Source of the DNA: Methanomassiliicoccales archaeon
GTDB lineage: Archaea; Thermoplasmatota; Thermoplasmata; Methanomassiliicoccales; UBA472
Assembly (NCBI GenBank): GCA_038740345.1
Contig: JAVYMA010000002.1
Location: forward strand, 34,314 to 98,313
Reading direction: 5' to 3'
DNA: 64,000 nucleotides
The notes beneath the pieces were generated by a model. The model was not told the DNA's origin and did no database searches. It worked only from the letters and a program-made list of their open reading frames with translations. Position 1 is the stretch's first letter; the number at the start of each line of letters is the position of its first letter. Made by a program: the position numbers and the translations under genes. Positions 46,396-55,892 of this stretch are shown in pieces.

Positions 46396-47040
46396 TTGGT
46401 AGTTTCTAATGGTAAGAGAAAAAGAAAGAGCATAATAGAATCGATTTTTCCTAGGGAGTACGATTTTGAGGATATGCTCGTCACCCAGGCACAACTCACC
46501 GCCAAAGGAGTCCGTTCCTTGATGGAGTGGCTGGGGAACGAACAGATCATAGCACCGACGGAACTAGACCGACAAGAACAGGAATTAGATAAATTCCGCC
46601 ACGATATGGAAGACAAGCTCAGCCAAGCCTTCTCCACTCCGTTCGACCGCCAGGAAATATATGGCCTCTCCAGGCAGATGGATTATATAATGAATTACTC
46701 AGTAGAGACGGCAAAGGAGATTTTTGCCTTCGGAGTAGAACCAGACTATCACATGAAAATGATGGTTCAAAGTCTTCTCAAGGGAACGGAGGAAGTGGTA
46801 GAAGGAGTGCGCATGTTATCATCAAAAGAGGGTGATTTCGAGGGTAAGGTGCGAAGGATCCGTGGCTTCCTTCACGAGATTGAAGCGACATACATTACAG
46901 CAATGGTTGAATTATTCAAATTGAATGACCCATCACTCATGCTGAAGCGGCTCGAGATATATCACCATCTTCGCGATGCAGGTAGAGCCCTACGAGCGAC
47001 TGTCGACGTCCTTCACCGCATGAAGGTTGATATAATCTGA
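46396..47040 (+). CDS. DUF47 / PhoU-like phosphate-transport regulator-related protein
   Basis: TTG at 46396 lies 7-9 nt after AGGAGGGAG and just after the pit stop. The helical protein (FPREYDFEDMLVTQAQL...) has the canonical PiT-DUF47 gene pairing. The track ORF start (46276) lies inside pit and was rejected. Confidence 0.7.
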   Translation: MVVSNGKRKRKSIIESIFPREYDFEDMLVTQAQLTAKGVRSLMEWLGNEQIIAPTELDRQEQELDKFRHDMEDKLSQAFSTPFDRQEIYGLSRQMDYIMNYSVETAKEIFAFGVEPDYHMKMMVQSLLKGTEEVVEGVRMLSSKEGDFEGKVRRIRGFLHEIEATYITAMVELFKLNDPSLMLKRLEIYHHLRDAGRALRATVDVLHRMKVDII

Positions 47041-47277
47041 TTCATAATATGGCATCAAAGTAAATGGAGCAAAAAAACGTTCCCTATCTCCAATCTCCTT
47101 CCCCCTTCTTTGGTTGCAAATAAAATAATGGCACTCAATGATGCGGTGCAGTCCGTTCACCTCCAATCATTCGGTTTATTCATTGAAGTAATTCAGGCGA
47201 GTTCAAGGAGCACTTGAGCCAATTATTTATCTAATTTCTGGAATAATGATTTTAGCTCTAAGGAGCGAGGTTGATTC

Positions 47278-47757
47278 TCACCTTTTCGAAATCAATTTAT
47301 CAGCGAATTCCTCAAGCTTTGATTCCCAACCTTCTTCCATAGGCCCCTTCATTCCCCGTACGAAGAGAGACAGTTCAGCCAATTTCTCGCCTTTCCTTCC
47401 GAGCATTTCATCCATAATTTGGATATTCCTCCGGTATTTAGCCAACTCCTCCTCGGTTGGGATTTTTCCTGTCTTTTTATCTGGCTGAGGAGCTAAATAA
47501 GTAGCCACCACTGCATATTTTGTATTGGGGGGCAGCACAACCTTTTTGGCGAAACGCCTCATAGTAGCAATCGGTCTACCTATGCGGGTAGGAGAACTAA
47601 AGACATAAACATCCGCTTGGGGAACGCTTTTAGGCTTTACCTCTTTCAAGTGATGGATTCCCACCATCGCGCCTCGGGCCATTAGGATTTCAGCCAGTTT
47701 AGTCATGGCCTTCTTGCCATTGCCCGATTTGGACTCATAATATATTTCGATTCTCAT
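47278..47757 (-). CDS. flavodoxin-like fold protein
   Basis: 159-aa ORF. MRIEIYYESKSGNGKKAMTKLAEIL resembles the flavodoxin phosphate-binding loop (YxSxxGNT). Confidence 0.55.
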   Translation of the reverse strand: MRIEIYYESKSGNGKKAMTKLAEILMARGAMVGIHHLKEVKPKSVPQADVYVFSSPTRIGRPIATMRRFAKKVVLPPNTKYAVVATYLAPQPDKKTGKIPTEEELAKYRRNIQIMDEMLGRKGEKLAELSLFVRGMKGPMEEGWESKLEEFADKLISKR

Positions 47758-47885
47758 TTTGATCCACTAATGTATGCTCAAGTCTCATTCAAAATGATTA
47801 TCCCTTATCTCTACAGGTTCTATCGATGTAGTAAACCGATGATGTTATTTGCTGCAACCCCTAATGCATAAATGGTGAGGGTTCT

Positions 47886-48188
47886 ATGGTAAGATGCAGC
47901 AAATGTGGCGCGGAGAACCAAATGGAAGGTGCTTACTGCAGCAACTGCAGTATACCCGTGAAGAAGGGGCAACGTGAGTCATTTAGAGAAGTTCTAATTG
48001 CTAGACAATGGCTCATCGTGGCATTTACAATCAGTGTATTGCTAATAGGCTTAGGTATGGCGCTGGCCCTGTTCGGGGCAGAAATGGGAATGCCGAGAAG
48101 CCAAGGCCTCGGTTTTGGTCTAACGCTAATAGGAATAATCGTATTGGTCGGAAGCGTGATTCTATTTGGGTGGATTAAGTATCATTGA
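47886..48188 (+). CDS. zinc-ribbon membrane protein
   Basis: 100-aa ORF. An N-terminal CSKCG...CSNC zinc ribbon is followed by two hydrophobic helices. Confidence 0.55.
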   Translation: MVRCSKCGAENQMEGAYCSNCSIPVKKGQRESFREVLIARQWLIVAFTISVLLIGLGMALALFGAEMGMPRSQGLGFGLTLIGIIVLVGSVILFGWIKYH

Positions 48189-48261
48189 TGTTGAATGAAA
48201 TCTTACATCACGACTCATTTCCCTGATAACCTATATTAAGGAAGAAGACAGAACCCACAAC

Positions 48262-49185
48262 GTGGACGAGATAGATGTAGCTATATGCCGGGCCTTCATG
48301 CAAAATTCGCGCCTATCCTTCTCCAAATTGGGAGAGGAGCTGGATATGTCTGCCCAAGCCATTCATCGAAGGGTCCAAGCTCTGATGGCTTCTGGAATAA
48401 TCCAAGGGACCGTGACCCGTTTAACCCCAAAAGCCATGGGCTCCTCATGGTTGCTGATCAAAGGTTGGTCCAAGCTGCCCATTATGGATGAGATGGCCGC
48501 AAAGCTGGCACGGAGCGAACATTTGGCGTTGATACAAGTAGCTAGCGGCAATATGATGTACGTTCATGGTATGGTAGGTAACAGTATAGAGATGTCCAAT
48601 TTCGTATCTTTTGTCATTCAAGAGGCGCAAATGCATGATGTCGAGGTAGGAATCGTACCAACTCCTCCGAATATTGAAAAGAAACCCTTATCACCCTTGG
48701 ACCTGAGGATCGTCAACTGCTTGAGAAAGGATGCACGTAGGTCGATATCAGAGATTGCTAGTGAAGTCGACGTCACCCCTAAGACGGTAAAGAGAAGATT
48801 GGATTATCTTGTCCTAGAAGGACTGGTGAATTTTTCCATCCTTTGGAGACCTGATTTATTGGGGGATACTATGACGTATATCCACCTTCTCCTCAGATCG
48901 GATGTTGATAGGGAAAGGGCGATGGTTCTACTAGTGAGGAAGTACTCTCGCGGGATAATCAGAAGCTACGCATTCAGCAATGCACCGGATCGCATCCTTT
49001 TACTTTATTGGACGAACAATGTGCGAGAGATGGCAGAAACATGCAGGGAATTGGAAAGAGAGGGGCTATTCGTCTCCGTGGTCCCTCACATCCTTCGAGG
49101 GATTTATTACTTCGAGGAAAAACAGGCGGCAAGATTGCAGACAATGCTAGCTAGAAGTATTAAGACAAAGCGATCTATGGCTTAA
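48262..49185 (+). CDS. Lrp/AsnC family regulator, covalent tandem of two full units
   Basis: 307-aa ORF with two HTH_AsnC-type modules (DEIDVAICRAFMQNSRLSFSKLGEELDMSAQAIHRRVQAL and LDLRIVNCLRKDARRSISEIASEVDVTPKTVKRRLDYL). Each is followed by an effector-domain-sized segment. Confidence 0.8.
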   Translation: MDEIDVAICRAFMQNSRLSFSKLGEELDMSAQAIHRRVQALMASGIIQGTVTRLTPKAMGSSWLLIKGWSKLPIMDEMAAKLARSEHLALIQVASGNMMYVHGMVGNSIEMSNFVSFVIQEAQMHDVEVGIVPTPPNIEKKPLSPLDLRIVNCLRKDARRSISEIASEVDVTPKTVKRRLDYLVLEGLVNFSILWRPDLLGDTMTYIHLLLRSDVDRERAMVLLVRKYSRGIIRSYAFSNAPDRILLLYWTNNVREMAETCRELEREGLFVSVVPHILRGIYYFEEKQAARLQTMLARSIKTKRSMA

Positions 49186-49310
49186 GTTTTCTATTCCGAT
49201 TCATCAAACCCTAGCTTGATGTTCCCGTCATATCCGCCTCTTATAAAAGCCATTTTTTATCGAGTATTCTTGACGAGAGATTATGAAAGGCTTCTCCTTA
49301 AGATTAGAAC

Positions 49311-49757
49311 ATGAGCTCAAACAATAATGGCTGCAATAGTAGGCCACAACAGAATTCATCGGGTTCCCATCTCGGGAAAAGGAGAAGATTAGGTGTTACT
49401 ATAGTATGTTTATTAGCGGTATTTCAAAGTGCTATGCGTTTTGCCATACCAGCCATGATAATCGCCGGCGGAGGGCCAACTTTTGAAAGACCTCAGAGCC
49501 AAGAGATTAGCGATTTTATTCTGGTCATGTTTTTACTCATAGGCGCAATCGGGCTGTTGACTTCTTATGGTCTCTGGAAAGGAGAGACATGGGGATATTT
49601 TGGTACTATAATTCTCAGCCTTGCCATCATGGTATTTGACCTGTGGGCCGTGTTTTCAATTCAGTCCAGCGCTGCTATGGGTCTGGTGCTGCCAATGATT
49701 TTCATCATCTACTTGTGGACGATCAGGAAGGATTTTTCCAAAGGTGATAGGCAATGA
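49311..49757 (+). CDS. hypothetical membrane protein
   Basis: 148-aa ORF with four hydrophobic segments. It overlaps the downstream flavodoxin gene by 4 nt. Confidence 0.45.
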   Translation: MSSNNNGCNSRPQQNSSGSHLGKRRRLGVTIVCLLAVFQSAMRFAIPAMIIAGGGPTFERPQSQEISDFILVMFLLIGAIGLLTSYGLWKGETWGYFGTIILSLAIMVFDLWAVFSIQSSAAMGLVLPMIFIIYLWTIRKDFSKGDRQ

Positions 49758-50302
49758 AAGCTCTCATTGCCTACGGGACAAAATACGGTTCAACCGCGAG
49801 AGTGGCTGAGGAGATGGGTAGGGTTCTGGCAGAGAAAGGAGCAGAGATCACGCTCATGGATCTGCGTAGGTCAGACCATCATGCAATGGAGGATTTCGAC
49901 CTAATTGTGGTGGGAAGCTGCATCAACATGCATAATTGGACGAAGAGGGCGCGCCGTTTCTTGATGGAAAATAGTACAGCCCTCTCTAAGCGCAATTTAG
50001 CCATGTTCGCATGTTGCATCGATATCGTCCTATTCCCATCTAAAAAAGAACAACTAGAGAAGGAGTATGTCAAGGATGTGGCAGCGGAGTTTGGTATAGA
50101 TAAAGTCATGAGCATGAGGCTTTTTGGTGGAGAGGTTGACCTATCTAGGTACGGTTTTTTTGATGCAACATTGGCGAAAAGTTATATAAGGAACGAGAAA
50201 AACGAGGTCAGGCTTCAAGAATCAAAGGATCGACTGAACTTTCAGGATTGGAAAGAAATAAGAGATTGGGCTGCATCTCTTGCTATGATGATCCTAAGAT
50301 AG
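49754..50302 (+). CDS. flavodoxin-domain protein (HemG-like long flavodoxin family)
   Basis: 182-aa ORF. MKALIAYGTKYGSTARVAEEMG is a flavodoxin P-loop, and the LIVVGSCI context follows. Confidence 0.7.
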   Translation: MKALIAYGTKYGSTARVAEEMGRVLAEKGAEITLMDLRRSDHHAMEDFDLIVVGSCINMHNWTKRARRFLMENSTALSKRNLAMFACCIDIVLFPSKKEQLEKEYVKDVAAEFGIDKVMSMRLFGGEVDLSRYGFFDATLAKSYIRNEKNEVRLQESKDRLNFQDWKEIRDWAASLAMMILR

Positions 50303-50505
50303 TGGGGTTTCGATATCATTTTTCTGGAGGTAATTTAGGGCTATTCCAGTATTCCTCTGTGCTTAGAAATTCAAAGTCATGTCTTATGCATATTAAAATT
50401 ATATTTTTAATCTATTTATTCAAATCATTATCAGGATTCCGCTAAATCATGGCTTTTCTATGGCCTTTTAAAAGTCAGTTTAGGTCGACGGACGATGAGA
50501 AATCA

Positions 50506-51258
50506 TCAAAGCAGTCTTATTGAGCCTCCGTAGGCGTACCCTTTGGGAGGAGGAGTCCTGGGGCCCTTACGATTCAGCTCAATTTTATAGCCGAAGTGAA
50601 GACCAGCAAGCCATAAGTGGCAAAGAGCTATACCTAAATCGATCTCATTAAGCTCTTTCATCACCAATGAAGTGCTCACATACGCATCGATTATATCTTC
50701 AGATCCCGTGAAAAACCAAGGCTGCTTGTTCATACCTGATGGAGCCAGCCTCGCCGCCTCCAATAATGTCTCCTTTCCTTGTATATCGGTTATCTTGGTC
50801 AATGGATAGCGCTTGAATTCACTAAGGCTCATGCGATGCAAAGGCTCTTCAGGCTTTCCCAATGCCAACATGATTATGAATGACTTTCCCGAGATCTCTC
50901 GCAACTCTCGAGGAGGCTTCGGGCTCCCTTGCCAGCAGGAACCAATTCCGTGGGACGATAAGTAAAGATCCATTTGTTGCAGCATGAATCCTGCATTAGG
51001 AAGGTAACCATCCTTTTGTTCTGAATATATTGCGAGATAATGAGGCGCTGGTACTTTGAACATGCCTCTGATCTCATCTGGGGGCACCAGCTTGAATTCA
51101 GTTTTGATCTCGGGTAAAAATGGGAAGATCTCTTTACTCTTATCCATGACGTCTATTAAGTTTTCTTCTTTCAAAGGTTCTTTTAAAAATTTTCTAATGG
51201 ATTTTCTTTTAAAAATGGTATTATAAAGAAGCTCATGATCAATCATTTTTTCCACCAC
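50506..51258 (-). CDS. nitroreductase family protein
   Basis: 250-aa ORF. It has an N-terminal RKSIRKF motif and a later APSGMNKQPW motif, typical of the FMN nitroreductase fold. Confidence 0.7.
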   Translation of the reverse strand: MVEKMIDHELLYNTIFKRKSIRKFLKEPLKEENLIDVMDKSKEIFPFLPEIKTEFKLVPPDEIRGMFKVPAPHYLAIYSEQKDGYLPNAGFMLQQMDLYLSSHGIGSCWQGSPKPPRELREISGKSFIIMLALGKPEEPLHRMSLSEFKRYPLTKITDIQGKETLLEAARLAPSGMNKQPWFFTGSEDIIDAYVSTSLVMKELNEIDLGIALCHLWLAGLHFGYKIELNRKGPRTPPPKGYAYGGSIRLL

Positions 51259-51422
51259 TCAAGGTTAATATTACTTAAGCTGTCTAATCATAATAGGACT
51301 TATCACGATATATATTGATTCACAAATCTCAATTGCTTGGGCACGGCAAAAAAGAATATCTACTTGGCAGAAGATGAAATCTTGATTTTAAAAATGAAGT
51401 GTAAGGAGAGGAAATAATAGCG

Positions 51423-52337
51423 ATGGGTTTAAGGAGAAGAACGCACGAAATTCTGGAATATACTAAAGAAGGGGACAGAACAGCATTTCTTTTCACCCTC
51501 CTGATTGCTTTATTGATAATCTTCAGTGTAGCTAGTGTTATTTTAGAATCGGTCTCTTCAATTCAGGAAAGATACTCGGCGCTTTTCTCTGTGGGTGAGG
51601 TCGTCACCGTATTGGTTTTCACGGTGGAATATGCTCTGAGAATCTGGTCATGCACTGAGGACCCTCGTTATTCTAGACCTGTGAGGGGGAGACTCAGATG
51701 GGCATTGACATTCTTCGCTTTGGTAGACTTAGCCGCGTTCTTACCTTTCTACATTCCATTCCTAATGACTTTCGATGCCCGTTTTATACGCGTGTTGAGG
51801 CTGTTGCGCATATTGCGGATTTTGAAGGTGGGAAGATATTCCAGCTCCATTCATCTATTAGCCAGAGTACTCCGCAGACAGGCTGAGGCGCTGGCGGTAA
51901 CCTTATTTGGGGTCATAATTCTCATAATAATCGCCTCCTCCTTGATGTGGAACGTGGAATACGAAGCTCAGCCACAGACCTTCTCAAGCATTCCAGAGGC
52001 GATGTGGTGGGCCGTGGCAACCATTACCACGGTAGGTTATGGGGATGTCGTGCCCATCACCCCCTTAGGCAAGATATTGGCAGGCTTCATAGCCATACTG
52101 GGAGTGCTTAGCATAGCCTTGCCAGCAGGCATTATCGTCAGTGGGTTTATGGATGAAAGGAAAGAGGAGATGGCCCGTTGCGATGAATCGCTTAAACAAG
52201 TGGCCTTTAGACTGGAGCTTTTAGAGCGTCTCGATAGATTGAAAGATAAGGGCACTTTAACTTTAGAAGAATTCGAAAGGGAGAAACAAAGAATCTTGTG
52301 CTCAGGAAATGACAGCTCCGAAATAAGGAGGGAATGA
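51423..52337 (+). CDS. voltage-gated-type K+ channel with C-terminal SHOCT-like domain
   Basis: 304-aa ORF. S4 has Arg every third residue (RVLRLLRILRILKVGR). The selectivity filter is TTVGYGD. The C-terminal LERLDRLKDKGTLTLEEFEREKQRIL matches the SHOCT pattern. Confidence 0.85.
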   Translation: MGLRRRTHEILEYTKEGDRTAFLFTLLIALLIIFSVASVILESVSSIQERYSALFSVGEVVTVLVFTVEYALRIWSCTEDPRYSRPVRGRLRWALTFFALVDLAAFLPFYIPFLMTFDARFIRVLRLLRILRILKVGRYSSSIHLLARVLRRQAEALAVTLFGVIILIIIASSLMWNVEYEAQPQTFSSIPEAMWWAVATITTVGYGDVVPITPLGKILAGFIAILGVLSIALPAGIIVSGFMDERKEEMARCDESLKQVAFRLELLERLDRLKDKGTLTLEEFEREKQRILCSGNDSSEIRRE

Positions 52338-52357
52338 AGTTCATAATCTTTGGGGAG

Positions 52358-52432
52358 TGGGCCCGGCCGGATTTGAACCGACGACCACCCGGTTATGAGC
52401 CGGGCGCTCTGGCCAGACTAAGCTACGGACCC
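52358..52432 (-). tRNA. tRNA with CAU anticodon (elongator Met, or Ile2 if modified)
   Basis: Manual cloverleaf: GGGTCCG TA GCTT AGTCTGGCCA GAGC G CCCGG CTCATAA CCGGG TGGTC GTCGG TTCAAAT CCGGC CGGGCCC A. 75 nt. All stems pair. No encoded CCA. The anticodon stem lacks the initiator GGG/CCC. Confidence 0.9.
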
Positions 52433-52462
52433 ATTTTCAGTCCACCCTTAATTCCAGTTAGG

Positions 52463-52470
52463 ATATAAAC
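52463..52470 (-). promoter_or_regulatory. TATA-like box upstream of tRNA-CAU
   Basis: The minus strand reads GTTTATAT about 31 nt upstream of the mature 5' end. The same GTTTAWAT element sits 30 nt upstream of tRNA-Asn. Confidence 0.35.
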
Positions 52471-52551
52471 ATTATCAGGGCGTAAACGTTTTCCAATATT
52501 GCCCTTATTAGAAAAGCGAGGACTTAATTACGCGTTTATCAATTTCACGGC

Positions 52552-53370
52552 GTGCAATCCTCAAGTGGAGTCCTGGGCGTCATTGGATGTCCTATTTTAG
52601 AAGATGAACTGATATATGCGATATCACAAGATCCTGACATTTCGAGGTTGTACGTCGTCATTTGCGATGACTCCCGTAACTTCTTACGTAAGCTAGGATT
52701 AATTCAGAATTGCCCGCCCGTGGAAATAATCGACATGCAGGGGATTGCAGAGGTAGTGAAAGGTCAAGGTCTTCGGCTGCTAATCATCATGAAGTCCATG
52801 GCCTTGCATGAAGATCCCCAAAGGCTACGGCAAGAGGTGTTATCGACATTATCTCAGATATCCCCTTATTGCAACTCGGTTCTCCTATTCTATGGACTCT
52901 GTGGCAATGCCTTCCGTATCCATCCTTCGGAGGATTGTAGGGAGATTAAAAGTGTGCACATCTTGTGCGATAGACAAGGAAGGACGGTGGACGATTGTAT
53001 TGCCGCCGTCCTGGGCGGTACGGATGGATATTACAATCTGCTACGAAAATTTCCTGGTGTTTTTTATTTGACTCCTGCCTGGGCGGAAAACTGGAAAGAG
53101 ATGATTACGAAGATGGAAATCACCAGAGGGGTGGAAGGTCAAAGCCTCGAAACCCTTAAATGGCTCTTCGATTTGGCGGGATATCGGAAAGCCTTGAAAT
53201 TGGACACTGGGCTAGGAGACAGAGCAATTTTTGAGGAGAAAGTGGATGAATTCGTGAACACCTTCGGATTCGAGAAGCTTTGTTCAGAGAGAGAGCTGAT
53301 TACGTTGGAAGTGATTGACAGCTCATTCAGCAAAGCGAAGGCCGATGCTTTAGGTACCAAACCTAAATGA
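52552..53370 (+). CDS. DUF1638-like protein
   Basis: 272-aa ORF. VIGCPILEDEL, LLFYGLCGNA and FYLTPAWAENW resemble my recollection of the DUF1638 family. The call is unverified. Confidence 0.45.
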   Translation: MQSSSGVLGVIGCPILEDELIYAISQDPDISRLYVVICDDSRNFLRKLGLIQNCPPVEIIDMQGIAEVVKGQGLRLLIIMKSMALHEDPQRLRQEVLSTLSQISPYCNSVLLFYGLCGNAFRIHPSEDCREIKSVHILCDRQGRTVDDCIAAVLGGTDGYYNLLRKFPGVFYLTPAWAENWKEMITKMEITRGVEGQSLETLKWLFDLAGYRKALKLDTGLGDRAIFEEKVDEFVNTFGFEKLCSERELITLEVIDSSFSKAKADALGTKPK

Positions 53371-53668
53371 TCATCATCTCTGCCTCGGGACTAGAGCCCG
53401 TTCGATTGATCTCTGTTCCGTAGCCGACATCATAATCACGCAGCATTCGAAGTATCTACTCCAGTCATTTTTCAGGTGCCTTAATCCTATTCGACCAACC
53501 AGTGGAGAGAGGTTTATCATGGAGTATTTTTTTATCTGAAATTAGGATTATGAACAAAGTTTTTCCCTTGTTTTGAAAAATGAAATAGTAAATGAGCGGA
53601 GAAAAGATATTGCCAGACTTTTGCAATTTATCCAACGTCTGGCAAGAAAATTAGGCTTAGAAGAGAAT

Positions 53669-54079
53669 CTACGCCATTCTCTTGCCCGCTTCATAACTAG
53701 CGCTTTGATTCCAGACCTCAACTGGTTCGAGAGTCCATACGCCATGAGCTTTCAGGCCGATGGACTTCAACACCTCATTCATTTTGTCGAAAAGCGGGCC
53801 GGAGGTGATGTAATCCTTCACTTTGGCATGCACCTGATAAGATTTCATTTCCTGAGTCACTAGCACGCTCACGAGCTTGCCGCCCATCTTAGCGGCTTCT
53901 AGGTTCTTGCCGGTCTCCTTCATCAGGATTGCGCCAAAAGCTATCATTTCTGGGTTAGGTGCCATAGCACTCCCAACTTGTATGATGTGTGGCGTGCCGT
54001 CCTCTCGCACTGTGGCCAGGGTCTTTCCTGCTTTGGGGTTGTTGAATGCTTGAAACACCTCATCGGGCAGTTTTACCAT
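53669..54079 (-). CDS. PNPOx-like (FMN-binding split-barrel) family protein, paralogue of 20797-21207
   Basis: 136-aa ORF, collinear with the 20797 gene over its full length (see that entry). Confidence 0.5.
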   Translation of the reverse strand: MVKLPDEVFQAFNNPKAGKTLATVREDGTPHIIQVGSAMAPNPEMIAFGAILMKETGKNLEAAKMGGKLVSVLVTQEMKSYQVHAKVKDYITSGPLFDKMNEVLKSIGLKAHGVWTLEPVEVWNQSASYEAGKRMA

Positions 54080-54164
54080 AATGAGTCACCGAATCACTTA
54101 AGAGGACTACACAATACATAAATATTCTCAATGTATAATTTTCTATACAAATGGTTGATTGCAA

Positions 54165-54905
54165 ATGGAAGAAGAAGCTCTGCTCCTCGAGCTGAAAGCT
54201 CTGCGCAATGAACTTAATCATCTTAACGAAAAAATGGTGCATATGCGCTATCACGACTTCCAAAGCGTTTTCTTTGGACAGATGCACATGGCAGTTGGTC
54301 TAGAAGGTAAGCGAACTTTCGACTCATTTCTTGAAAGTTGTAGGAATAAATCATCGTGCAATTGGAAAGAAGAGTGCTTACCGAAGCTAGAACAGACGGT
54401 CAATGAGTCTATTAGATTGGTCTCTGATGGAGATATCGAAGGAGCGATAGAACTCATTAATTCCCTTGACTCTTTAATTAGGGGTGGGGTCTCCCTTTGC
54501 TCAGATCGGGTCTGCTCATCGTCCACATTGGATAGTTTGGAGAAAATAAGAGCCATCCTAGGGGTCTATCGAGCTTTGAGCGAACTATCGGATGCAGGGT
54601 GGAGAGACAAAAACAATCCTCCAGAAACAAAGCCCAAACCGACCCCAGAGGAGATGGAGAAAACCATCGCTCCACTAGCCAATGTTTGGAGATTAAGAAT
54701 CCTGAGGATGCTCTCGATCTCAGAGCGTACATTATCGGAGATTTCGAAAGAATTGGGTTTGCCTACCGGCCACCTTCAGTTCCATATGAGGAAATTGAGG
54801 GATGTGAATTACATCTCTCTCGATCGTCGGCGAGGATCTTATCGTCTCACCGCAAAAGGAAAAATGGTACTAGAGGGCGTTGAGCATCTGACAACTCGCA
54901 TTTGA
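54165..54905 (+). CDS. ArsR/SmtB-type winged-helix regulator with Cys-containing N-terminal sensor-like region
   Basis: C-terminal wHTH: ANVWRLRILRMLSISERTLSEISKELGLPTGHLQFHMRKLRDVNYISLD. The N-terminal region has a coiled-coil plus SCRNKSSCNWKEEC and LCSDRVC. ATG at 54165 (track TTG at 54159). Confidence 0.7.
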   Translation: MEEEALLLELKALRNELNHLNEKMVHMRYHDFQSVFFGQMHMAVGLEGKRTFDSFLESCRNKSSCNWKEECLPKLEQTVNESIRLVSDGDIEGAIELINSLDSLIRGGVSLCSDRVCSSSTLDSLEKIRAILGVYRALSELSDAGWRDKNNPPETKPKPTPEEMEKTIAPLANVWRLRILRMLSISERTLSEISKELGLPTGHLQFHMRKLRDVNYISLDRRRGSYRLTAKGKMVLEGVEHLTTRI

Positions 54906-54979
54906 TTACATGAGTCGCCCCATGCCTTTAGTAGGTGAGTGAGTAAGATTCAAGCAGGGTTGGAGCGTTGACGCATAGT

Positions 54980-55819
54980 ATGAGCTGTTGCCCAACGCAG
55001 AGAATTGTCAGGGATAAGATTCCCGAAATCAATCCTACTGTATGGCTGAATACACCAGCGCTCAGCATGAAGGACTTCAAGAATAAGGTCGTCCTCTTCT
55101 ATTTCTTCTCCTTTAATGAGGGATTCTCTGAGACCACATTAAGCCATCTATCATATCTTTGGTGGAGGATGAGGCGCCGCGGATTGATGGTAGTGGGAAT
55201 ACATACTCCATCATTAGAGAAGGAGAGGAATATTGAATTCATACGTGATGAGGTTCAGCATTTCGAAGTCGATTTTCCAGTGGCGGTGGACAATGACCAT
55301 CGGATATGGAAAAGCTTCAGGAATCAATTCTACTCGCAATTCCATTTCGCTGATGTTCATGGCATCCTAAGGCATACTAGAGCTGGAAGCAATATAGAGG
55401 AGGAAGTGGAGCTTGCTGTTGTGCATTTATTGAACGAAGGTGGGAAGAAAGTCGATTTGGGGCCAGAAATAAACGGAGCCTGCTTCGAAGGGAAATGGTA
55501 TGTGGGAGATGGATTCGTGGAGCTTGATGGCTCATATGGTAAAATTGAAATAAGATATATCGGGAAATCTTTAGACATTATCGCCTCGAGTCCTAAACCG
55601 CGCAAGTACACGGTACTGTTAGATGGAAAGGCTGTGCCTCTAGAACTCTCTGGCAAGGATTTATGCCTGGAAAATGGTAGAAGCTATTTGGAACTCTCAC
55701 GTGAGAGAAGATTCGAGGTCATCCGCGACTCCCGTCGCAAGATGCGATTGCTTAGCATGACGGTGAGGGGCAAAGGTTTCAGGTTGCAAGGTTTCTGCGT
55801 GGATGAGGGTACGACCTAG
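54980..55819 (+). CDS. DipZ-C-terminal-like thioredoxin-fold protein, CxxC-less paralogue
   Basis: Collinear with the 55893 gene (WLNTP.., GIHTPS.EKE, FPVAVDNDHRIWKSF..). Where the paralogue has YSCVNC this copy reads FSFNEGF, with no Cys. Confidence 0.6.
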   Translation: MSCCPTQRIVRDKIPEINPTVWLNTPALSMKDFKNKVVLFYFFSFNEGFSETTLSHLSYLWWRMRRRGLMVVGIHTPSLEKERNIEFIRDEVQHFEVDFPVAVDNDHRIWKSFRNQFYSQFHFADVHGILRHTRAGSNIEEEVELAVVHLLNEGGKKVDLGPEINGACFEGKWYVGDGFVELDGSYGKIEIRYIGKSLDIIASSPKPRKYTVLLDGKAVPLELSGKDLCLENGRSYLELSRERRFEVIRDSRRKMRLLSMTVRGKGFRLQGFCVDEGTT

Positions 55820-55892
55820 TAAAATTCTCAATGGCAGGATTCCGTTATTCACTCGCAACCTTAATCTAAATCGAAGTCCAGTAATAGTTCGC

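Noticed and set aside
54114-54136. ATACAT-N11-ATGTAT inverted repeat between the PNPOx-like gene and the ArsR-type regulator
   Set aside because: A 6-bp AT-rich inverted repeat is too likely by chance to report as an operator without further evidence.
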